IMG/VR virus record: IMGVR_UViG_3300036780_000409
Location: 1 to 50,825 of that record
DNA length: 50,825 nt
Strand: one strand, 5' to 3'
DNA from: a virus
Lineage: Duplodnaviria > Caudoviricetes
The position numbers and the translations under genes are program-made. Shown one piece after another: positions 44,155 to 50,825 of the stretch. Every line of letters starts with the position of its first letter. Position 1 is the stretch's first letter. The notes beneath the pieces are model-generated. The model saw nothing but the letters and a program-made list of their open reading frames with translations, ran no database searches and was not told where the DNA came from.

Positions 44155-45043
44155 CGCGCCAGCCCAACTCGTTCTTCCGTGGGGCAACGGAGATTCTTCG
44201 AAGACGAACCCGATTCCGGTTCCCTCGCAAATCAGCATCACGCCGGGAGCGGCGAGCTGGACCGATGGATTCCCGCCGCTCTGTGCAACCGCAGTTACAT
44301 CTGGCGGCGTCCCGCCGACGAAGGCCGACATGAACGGTGGTCTGTTCCAGATGTCCGCCGTAGACGTTTGGATTTGCGCGGGCGGCGGATTCCCCTATTC
44401 GAGCGCATTCAGCACGGCCATTGGCGGATACCCGAAGGGCGCGCGCGTCCTGATGGCGAGCGGCCTGAGCTACTGGCGATCGATTGTCGACAACAATACA
44501 ACCGATCCCGATACGGGCGGAGCGGGATGGGTTGGCGAGCCGGGAACGGAGAGCGTAAACACAACTGCGGTCACGGTGAACGGCGGAAGCCTTGCGCTGC
44601 AAAACCTGATGTCCTATGCGATTCCCGCCGGAAGTTTGAATGTTGCCAGAAAAGTAAAGCGGATCACTATGTCTGGAAACGGGAACATCGCAGGGGCGGT
44701 CAACTTCAATTTAGGTTTTGCTCTTCCAGGCGGTGGCGGAACGGGACTCCCATGGAACGTCGCAAATTCTTCAGGCTCCATAGATTTATCGTGGCGAATA
44801 GTGGTGGAAATTACGACGCTAACGACAGGGGCAAGTGGATCAGTGCTCGTTTCGTCTGCGTTGCAAGTCGGGCAGGGCGCTCCGAACCTATCGGTAGCCA
44901 ACGGTGAGGCTTATGTTTTCATAGGGACCGGCATCGATTTAACCAGTTCCGTAACTCTGCAGGTCCAAGCCGAATTCGCCTCCGGTGCCGGCAGCGGCGA
45001 CACCGTAATTCAAGAGGGCATGATCGTGGAGGCTCTAAATTGA
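44141..45043 (+). CDS. Tail fibre protein
   Basis: GAASWTDGFPP, GG.PP...DMNG, IGGYPKGA, W.S..DNN..DP N-terminal anchor; variable beta-rich C-terminus. Confidence 0.85.
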   Translation: MLLANAPAQLVLPWGNGDSSKTNPIPVPSQISITPGAASWTDGFPPLCATAVTSGGVPPTKADMNGGLFQMSAVDVWICAGGGFPYSSAFSTAIGGYPKGARVLMASGLSYWRSIVDNNTTDPDTGGAGWVGEPGTESVNTTAVTVNGGSLALQNLMSYAIPAGSLNVARKVKRITMSGNGNIAGAVNFNLGFALPGGGGTGLPWNVANSSGSIDLSWRIVVEITTLTTGASGSVLVSSALQVGQGAPNLSVANGEAYVFIGTGIDLTSSVTLQVQAEFASGAGSGDTVIQEGMIVEALN

Positions 45044-47553
45044 AACAGCTAACCATCTGGGATCGCCGTCTTCTCGCCATTCTCTATCTGGTATTTCTCG
45101 CAGCCGTCGTCCAATGGGCGCTCGGGCCGCACGACGCGATGGCCGCGCAAACGCACACGTTCCCCGCGACGGATACGAACAATACCTTCACGGGCACCAA
45201 TACGTTCGGTCCAATTGTTATCAACGGTCCTTGCACCGGGGCGGTCGGCTGCGGAGGGCAAATCGTCACCACGATTCCCATTGCCGGTTCTTACGCAAGC
45301 AAAGGCACGACCGTCTCGGTAACGAACGGCGCGAATGCGAATGACTGCACGGCGGGCGGAGGGACCACGCCGGTATTCTGCCAGTACAGCGGCTCGGCGT
45401 GGGCGGCGGTGGCGAGTTCGGTTGCAGGGAATCCAGGCGGGTCGGATACCAACATTCAGTGTAATAAATCGGGAGTTTTCAGTGGCAATTGCTTGCTTTC
45501 GGTAAACAGCAGTACGTCTCCGACGCAGTTAAATATTCTCGGAGACGTAGCTTTCGCCGGGCCCCGGCCTTACATCGATGTGACCGCACCGCCGTATAAT
45601 TGCGATCCAAACAGCGGCGCCGATTGCACTGCGGGAATCCAATTAGCGATCAACGATGCGTGCGCCTATTCAGGTAACGCGGCCCCGGCGATTTATTTTC
45701 CATTTGGCTTTGACGCCTACAAGGTAAGCCAGCCGCAAGCACCGGATAACAGCCCTATTTTTGACTTGCCTGCAAACTGTGCCGGTTTGCACCCTATCGG
45801 CGAAGGCTTCAGCAAGCAAGCCCCGCAGTTTTCGCGCTCGCCACAGGCCGTTATTCAAGTTGGTCATTGTGGCACTCCCGGTACGGGGCCAGTGTTCAAG
45901 GTGGATACCAACGCCAACGCGATTACTTTCGAGAATCTAGCGATTGAGGGTTGCAATCAAGGCGTAGAAGTTACGGGCGCGTCTGGCACAACTTTCAAGA
46001 ATACCTGCGTGTCCAACTTCGGCTCCGGCGGCACCGGCCTCGCCGCGAATACGGCTCTCTATCTCCTCGATTCGGTTCAGTTCCTGGATTTCTACGGCGG
46101 CTGCATCACGGCTGGCGGGCCTACGGCCGTGCTGATGCAGGACGATAGTTCCGGGACCCCCATCGCCAATATAAACTTTTACGGCACGCGCATGGCCGGG
46201 GACGGCATGGAGTACCTGACCACTGCGTTAGGGCATCCGACCGGCGGCGGCGGGGACATCACGCTCGATCACATCGTAGACGAAGATTGCAACGCGCCGC
46301 TGTTTTCGGTGGTGGATTCCAGCGGCAGCCAGAATATGGGAGGTTTTGGCAACCTGATACTGACAAATCCGGTGATGGCGGATTGCGGCGCAACCTATCC
46401 CATCTTGCAGTTGAACATGCCGGGGGACTATTTGTTTGGCGTGGATATTTCCTTGCCGCAAGGCAGTAATAGCGCCGCTCAGGCAATTCAGGCTTTGTCT
46501 GTTGGCTCTATAGGATTCATCCATATTTCGGGATGTGGTGGTTTTTGTACCACGGCGGCGGTGGATGGCAGCGGCAACCCACTCGCGGGTGTCGTAGAGG
46601 ACAATCAATTTGGACACGACTACCAGGTGAGCGCTTACGCGGGCCGCCTGCGCACCGACACGATTGGATTTGTGGGTGATCCGCTGCGCATTTTTCCATC
46701 GGGCGTGAATCCATCCTTCGCCACGCTGGGCCTCGATTTGACCGAGGGCTTGCTTTTCAACCAGGCGCAAGGCTTGGGGTATTCCGGTGGAGTGGCACAA
46801 TTCGCGCCGAACAGCGTAGGGATTGAATTTCCCACGGTGCTGCCTCCTGCGAGCGTAGCGGCTGCACCAACCACCGGCGGAACGCTGCCTAACGGCACCT
46901 ACTACGTCGCCGTCTACGGTGAAATCGGCGGTAGCGGTTGCAGCGGGGGAACTACAGAATCGGCCCCGTCGTCTCCGGTTGTGCCAATCACTCTTTCCGG
47001 CTCGAACGACGCAATCAGTGTGACCTGGAGTTTGCCCACGCCAAACATGTCCTCTGATTTTTGCGCAGTGGCTTCGTCCGGGCCGATACCGGGTGCCGAT
47101 GGAAACATGCCCACGGTACACGTATCCAGCAGTTCCACCAATGCCACGATTATCACGAACAACGCGCTGAATCCTAATCCGATCCCCGTCGCACCGATGA
47201 CCGAGTATCACCGCTACACCTACAACGCGTTCGGCGTTAACACCACTTCTCCCGTCCCCGGAACGCTCACGGACAATGGTGGTTTCGTCGCCCAGAAAAA
47301 TACTTACTCTTCCGCGCACACGCTGCTGGTTTCCGAGCACACCGTTTTCGTGACCGGCACAACCACGATCACGGTTTTGCATGCGCTGCCGACGTCGGGC
47401 CTCGCGAGCGAATGGCTCGTAATCAACTCGGGGACGAACACCGTCACGCTCGCTTGCGACAGCGGAAATATCAACGGCGGAGCGACGGTGACGCTAGCCG
47501 CGAACGCGAGCGGCATTGTAACCGCAGATGGCACCAATTGCTGGGAGCACTAA
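45040..47553 (+). CDS. Tailspike/depolymerase-like protein (pectin-lyase-type beta helix) with signal-peptide-like leader
   Basis: IDVTAPPYN...DCTAGIQLAIND..AIYFP beta-helix cap; GGTL.NGTYY..ESAPS module; C-terminal fibre module; hydrophobic leader ending AMA-AQ. Confidence 0.8.
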   Translation: MKQLTIWDRRLLAILYLVFLAAVVQWALGPHDAMAAQTHTFPATDTNNTFTGTNTFGPIVINGPCTGAVGCGGQIVTTIPIAGSYASKGTTVSVTNGANANDCTAGGGTTPVFCQYSGSAWAAVASSVAGNPGGSDTNIQCNKSGVFSGNCLLSVNSSTSPTQLNILGDVAFAGPRPYIDVTAPPYNCDPNSGADCTAGIQLAINDACAYSGNAAPAIYFPFGFDAYKVSQPQAPDNSPIFDLPANCAGLHPIGEGFSKQAPQFSRSPQAVIQVGHCGTPGTGPVFKVDTNANAITFENLAIEGCNQGVEVTGASGTTFKNTCVSNFGSGGTGLAANTALYLLDSVQFLDFYGGCITAGGPTAVLMQDDSSGTPIANINFYGTRMAGDGMEYLTTALGHPTGGGGDITLDHIVDEDCNAPLFSVVDSSGSQNMGGFGNLILTNPVMADCGATYPILQLNMPGDYLFGVDISLPQGSNSAAQAIQALSVGSIGFIHISGCGGFCTTAAVDGSGNPLAGVVEDNQFGHDYQVSAYAGRLRTDTIGFVGDPLRIFPSGVNPSFATLGLDLTEGLLFNQAQGLGYSGGVAQFAPNSVGIEFPTVLPPASVAAAPTTGGTLPNGTYYVAVYGEIGGSGCSGGTTESAPSSPVVPITLSGSNDAISVTWSLPTPNMSSDFCAVASSGPIPGADGNMPTVHVSSSSTNATIITNNALNPNPIPVAPMTEYHRYTYNAFGVNTTSPVPGTLTDNGGFVAQKNTYSSAHTLLVSEHTVFVTGTTTITVLHALPTSGLASEWLVINSGTNTVTLACDSGNINGGATVTLAANASGIVTADGTNCWEH

Positions 47554-47555
47554 AG

Positions 47556-48035
47556 ATGAAACGCCTTTTTCTGGTTCTGACTCTCGCGGTACTTTCAGCC
47601 CCGCCAATCTCGGCCGACAATCTCGCGCGCAAGTTCGTCCACTCCGTTTCTCATCACAAAGAGACTTTCGTCCGCAGCGGCATTCTCACCGCCTACATTT
47701 CCGTCGATGTTTGGTCGACCAATCGCTGCCAAAGAATCAGCGCGTACTGCATCGAGACGAATCCCGTTCTCGGGCAGCATCCCTCGCCGCAAGCGACCTG
47801 GGGATACGCGCTCGGAATCGATGGCGTTCTCATCGCGCTCGATGCCGTTGCCGCGCATTACGCGCCATCGCGCTTGGGCAGGCAAATTCCGTGGGCCTGG
47901 ACCATTCCCATCGCGGCGTACGAGACGGTGAACGTGCGCTCGAATATCGAAGTGACCGGACGGCTGGAGAACCTGAATCAGATTTTGAATCGGCCGACGC
48001 ACAGGCCGGGGAATCTGGAATGGCGAAACCGCTAG
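47556..48035 (+). CDS. Exported/membrane protein with D..ST...E.NP motif (DUF5658-like)
   Basis: MKRLFLVLTLAVLSA leader; VDVWST...IETNPVLG. Confidence 0.7.
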   Translation: MKRLFLVLTLAVLSAPPISADNLARKFVHSVSHHKETFVRSGILTAYISVDVWSTNRCQRISAYCIETNPVLGQHPSPQATWGYALGIDGVLIALDAVAAHYAPSRLGRQIPWAWTIPIAAYETVNVRSNIEVTGRLENLNQILNRPTHRPGNLEWRNR

Positions 48036-48202
48036 GCCTATGCGAGCGATGCGGTGAGCAAACGATCCATCCGCACCCAGCGCGATTCGCGGACAAGACC
48101 GAGAAGCTTTGCTGCAACTGTTACGACGCGGCGGTACTGGAGATCCTGTTGCACTTTCACAACGTCGCCGCTTGGATCGAGGGACGGAGGGCTGAACCAT
48201 GA
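48020..48202 (+). CDS. Small zinc-finger protein (CERC...CCNC)
   Basis: ATG at 48020; coupled to the next gene. Confidence 0.5.
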   Translation: MAKPLGLCERCGEQTIHPHPARFADKTEKLCCNCYDAAVLEILLHFHNVAAWIEGRRAEP

Positions 48203-48525
48203 AAGAATCTTGGCTATCGCATAACACCGACAAGATGCTGCTTTTCTTGCTCGTGATCCTTGGCGCCGTTCTCGTTCTGGTAATCAATTACCACGGCGGC
48301 GACGAGAAATTGCTCGAGTGGGCCGAGACATCCTGTAGCACGGTCCTCGGCGCACTCATCCTGATCCTGACCGGACGCATCGCGCGCTCAGATGGGCAGA
48401 CAGCGAACGGATTGCCACCCGGGATGGGCTCGCTCGCTCCGCCATACCCAACGTCATTGCCGGTCGCACCGGCGCCCGCAGCAACGCCCGCAACGCCCAA
48501 GGAGGGCCTTCCCAATGGCAAGTGA
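48199..48525 (+). CDS. Two-TM holin-like membrane protein with Pro-rich tail
   Basis: GGAGG RBS; two hydrophobic helices. Confidence 0.65.
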   Translation: MKESWLSHNTDKMLLFLLVILGAVLVLVINYHGGDEKLLEWAETSCSTVLGALILILTGRIARSDGQTANGLPPGMGSLAPPYPTSLPVAPAPAATPATPKEGLPNGK

Positions 48526-48853
48526 CGCGCCGCTCACGCCACAAGAGCAAACCAAGGACGCCGGCCAGGTCGCGCGCGAAGGCTACATTCACCGCGTACT
48601 GGTGGGCTTCGATCAATTCATGGGTTCGGTGATCGGCCTCCAAAACGATCAAACGATCTCTTCGGCCACGGAAATCGCCGCGCACAAGAAGGTCTGGTAC
48701 TCCGCGGCAGCCAAAGCCTTGAACGATGGCCTTGACGTCATCCAGAAATCGCACGGCCAACAGGCCCAAGTGGGCGACATCGTGCGCGCGGAGGAAGTCA
48801 TTAAGACCGATACTGCCGCGCTCCAAAAGGAAACGGGAACCGTGAAGCCATGA
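48515..48853 (+). CDS. Conserved phage protein (DQ...DxTISS...H motif)
   Basis: AAGGAGG RBS; LVGFDQF..VIG..NDQTISS. Confidence 0.7.
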   Translation: MASDAPLTPQEQTKDAGQVAREGYIHRVLVGFDQFMGSVIGLQNDQTISSATEIAAHKKVWYSAAAKALNDGLDVIQKSHGQQAQVGDIVRAEEVIKTDTAALQKETGTVKP

Positions 48854-49077
48854 GCGCGGCGACCGTACTCCGCGAAAAGATGGGGACCACCATGAAACCA
48901 GGCGACCTGTGGGATTGGATCAAGCTCGTGGCGCTGGTGGGCGGAATGCTCCTCGGCTACTACCAACTCGTCGGTAAGGTGAGCGAGTTGCAGCGGCAGA
49001 CCACGCGGATCGAACGCTACCTGTCCTCGAAGGACACGAACTATTGGCAGGCCGCGCGGTCGCTGGACGAGCCATAG
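48850..49077 (+). CDS. Small single-TM protein with coiled segment
   Basis: WIKLVALVGGMLLGYY followed by a heptad-like segment. Confidence 0.6.
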   Translation: MSAATVLREKMGTTMKPGDLWDWIKLVALVGGMLLGYYQLVGKVSELQRQTTRIERYLSSKDTNYWQAARSLDEP

Positions 49078-49079
49078 GT

Positions 49080-49376
49080 ATGGGCGCGAAATTCAAAGAC
49101 TTCGGCATCCAGGAAGACAGCGAGCAGTGGATTGCGTTTCACTGCCCAGGCTGCGAACACGCCCACTCGATTCCGGTCACCGGGCCGCGCCTGTGGAAGT
49201 GGAACGCGTCGTTTGACAAGCCGACCATCACGCCGTCGATTCTCGTGAATCGCGGGAGAGAGAATCCGACCGTGCCGGTTTGTCACTCTCACATAAGCGA
49301 TGGCCGCATCCAGTTTTTGAACGATTGCACGCACAAACTCTCCGGGCAGACCGTCGAATTGCCCGATTGGGATTAG
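49080..49376 (+). CDS. DUF6527-like protein
   Basis: CPGC..AH, W.WN....PT.TPSI, CHS.I.DGRIQFL.DC.H.L.GQTV.LP. Confidence 0.8.
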   Translation: MGAKFKDFGIQEDSEQWIAFHCPGCEHAHSIPVTGPRLWKWNASFDKPTITPSILVNRGRENPTVPVCHSHISDGRIQFLNDCTHKLSGQTVELPDWD

Positions 49377-49407
49377 CGATGGAAGACGCGCACTAAGGAG
49401 CAAGGCG

Positions 49408-49707
49408 ATGAAATACATAGCAAATCCGGTCGAAGTGGATGCGTTTCGGATCGTTGGAGTTTTCGGCTATCAGGACGAAATCTCTAAAGACGGGCTTGGC
49501 CTCAAATTGGAAGGTGGCGAAGTGCAGCAGGCTACGCCAGAAATGTGCGCGCGGATGACACCTCGAATCGGGGACTACTTCGTGATTCAATCTGACGGCT
49601 ATGCATACCTGAATCCAAAGGAAGTTTTCGAGCGCAAGTACTCCCCGGCCCCGCTCAACGCTCTACAGCTAGGGGCAGCCGCACGCGCAGCCGGAATCGT
49701 TCGCTGA
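49408..49707 (+). CDS. Conserved phage protein (PV.V.A...GDY.V...DGY....PK.VFE..Y)
   Basis: AAGGAG RBS; motif pattern. Confidence 0.75.
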   Translation: MKYIANPVEVDAFRIVGVFGYQDEISKDGLGLKLEGGEVQQATPEMCARMTPRIGDYFVIQSDGYAYLNPKEVFERKYSPAPLNALQLGAAARAAGIVR

Positions 49708-49843
49708 CCTCGTACGGGGCGTCCGGAGGGAAGGACCTCGCACCGACAGGAGAGCGGGGTCCTTGGACGCTTTTCGGGTGGCAGGCCAGACCTTCCGTGA
49801 TAGGATGCGCCGCAAAAGCTTTCCCTTCAACTTAACCCGCTTC

Positions 49844-49885
49844 GGGCGCTGTGCGGGTCGCCTACAGCGCCCAAGGTTTCAATTT
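49844..49885. terminator. Possible terminator between convergent genes
   Basis: GGGCGCTGT/ACAGCGCCC 9-bp stem; the T-tail is imperfect. Confidence 0.35.
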
Positions 49886-49906
49886 TGAGATGGGGTCCTT
49901 GGAAGC

Positions 49907-50593
49907 TTAATTGACTGGCGGGGCATCCAGACGCAGCGCGACTATCGCTTTCGTCCCCGAAACGATTCCGCCAGACACGGCTAACTCGTACGTTCTATTC
50001 ATCGGTACGTCGAACGCAACGAACGCGGTTTTCGAAACTCCCGGATTCAGTTCCTCAAGCACGCTGAAGAATCCTCCGTTTAGCATCCCGGCAGAACTCT
50101 CGTCGTACGTCCTGCCTTCGGCGTCCATCAGCTTGAACGGCGGTATCGTGCTCGCGCTCGTATCATCGTTCCGCGCCGTGATCTGAATCACCACGAACTG
50201 CGCATTTGCTCTTTCAAACGTGAACGCGTCTGACCCGATAAACGGCGTCCGAAACGCTCTCTGGCAAAGATAGGTCCAGTAACCTACCGAAAATTGCTGC
50301 CCTAATTCGTAAGTTTGGAATGTGGGCGCAGGATCGACTTGCGGATCATCCCGCGTCTCCGGCTGAACGGTAACCTCATGCGCCGCGCGAGTTTCCGGAG
50401 AGACTATAGCGACGGCACCTTCGGGTTGATTTGGGCTGAGAACCCAAACGCCCACCGGGACAATGACAGCCGCCGAAAGCAGGACCAATCCAAGTATTCC
50501 AGGCCACCGCTTTGAGATAGAAGTTCCACAAAAACCGCAGAACCTACCGGCGCTGGCTGTTTCTTCGCCGCAATTAGGGCAGCATTCTGGCAC
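49907..50593 (-). CDS. Zinc-ribbon + TM + DUF4352-like extracytoplasmic Ig domain (moron/superinfection-exclusion candidate)
   Basis: CPNCG...FCGFCG; TM segment; FVVI.IT.RN, FKL.D.EGRTYD, LNPG......VAFDVP. Confidence 0.8.
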   Translation of the reverse strand: MPECCPNCGEETASAGRFCGFCGTSISKRWPGILGLVLLSAAVIVPVGVWVLSPNQPEGAVAIVSPETRAAHEVTVQPETRDDPQVDPAPTFQTYELGQQFSVGYWTYLCQRAFRTPFIGSDAFTFERANAQFVVIQITARNDDTSASTIPPFKLMDAEGRTYDESSAGMLNGGFFSVLEELNPGVSKTAFVAFDVPMNRTYELAVSGGIVSGTKAIVALRLDAPPVN

Positions 50594-50636
50594 TTTGACT
50601 TCTTGGAAAATAAACTAAATCAGGCCCAATTAGTGC

Positions 50637-50666
50637 TTGACACGAATGTGCACACAAGCGTATAAC
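50637..50666 (+). promoter_or_regulatory. Sigma70-like promoter with internal palindromic operator candidate
   Basis: TTGACA-N18-TATAAC; TGTGCACA palindrome at 50647-50654; ATG 7 nt downstream. Confidence 0.55.
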
Positions 50667-50673
50667 ATTGTGC

Positions 50674-50825
50674 ATGGCAACAACGGTGCAACAAAAGACC
50701 AACACCGAAAACGAGACGATGGGCGAGAACAGAGACGTCCGTATCGTCGTGCGAGCAACCGAATCTGAAAAGCGCAAGTTCGATAAGTTGGCCAAAGCCA
50801 ACCACACCGACCTGAGCGAGATCAT
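50674..50825 (+). CDS. Ribbon-helix-helix regulator (Arc/CopG-like), truncated at the window end
   Basis: Not in the ORF track. MATTVQQKTNTENETMGENRDVRIVVRATESEKRKFDKLAKANHTDLSEI. Confidence 0.7.
   Translation, partial: MATTVQQKTNTENETMGENRDVRIVVRATESEKRKFDKLAKANHTDLSEI

Larger units (their letters stand above)
1..50825 (+). mobile_element. Tailed phage/prophage genome segment with contractile-tail (myovirus-type) morphogenesis module
   Basis: Co-oriented, translationally coupled genes in the order recombination, replication, lysis, terminase, portal, head, sheath/tube, tape measure, baseplate, fibres. No host housekeeping genes. Confidence 0.97.

Noticed and set aside
44141-47553. Diversity-generating retroelement acting on fibres
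   Set aside because: No reverse transcriptase and no template/variable repeat pair with adenine-specific mismatches were seen.
1-50825. Terminal repeats, att sites or an integrase defining a complete genome or lifestyle
   Set aside because: The window ends do not overlap, the last gene is truncated, and no recombinase or CI-like repressor is present. Lifestyle and host cannot be established from this window.

Overview
This window is most of a tailed-phage or prophage genome, with nearly all genes on the + strand. In order it contains: an early recombination and DNA-metabolism region (probable single-strand annealing protein, Cas4/RecB-like exonuclease, nucleotidyltransferase, Rad50/SbcC-like ATPase, Mom-like protein, SNF2-helicase/DNA-methyltransferase fusion, HerA-like ATPase); a replication initiator with an internal iteron array; nucleases and an ASCH protein; a lysis region (holin-like gene, SLT-type endolysin); terminase genes; an HNH-AP2 endonuclease; and a complete contractile-tail (myovirus-type) morphogenesis module. 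That module runs DUF1073-type portal, Mu F-like minor head, DUF2213 protease/scaffold, DUF2184-type capsid, DUF4054, DUF3383 sheath, tube, frameshifted chaperone, tape measure, baseplate, fibre and tailspike. Small membrane genes and a divergent promoter with a truncated RHH regulator end the window. No integrase or CI-type repressor is visible. The most unusual signals are: (1) a 4.37-kb six-gene cassette inside the head module, bounded by a perfect 46-bp direct repeat and encoding what looks like an optional virion appendage kit; (2) signal-peptide-like leaders and paired cysteines on the tailspike and cassette proteins; (3) a tRNA-like RNA with an expanded anticodon domain in front of the recombination operon, near a CCA/poly(A)-polymerase-like nucleotidyltransferase; and (4) repeated 8-13 bp direct repeats at the borders of individual accessory genes, plus orphan N-terminal stubs of replaced genes. 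All family names come from motif recognition by eye, not from database searches.
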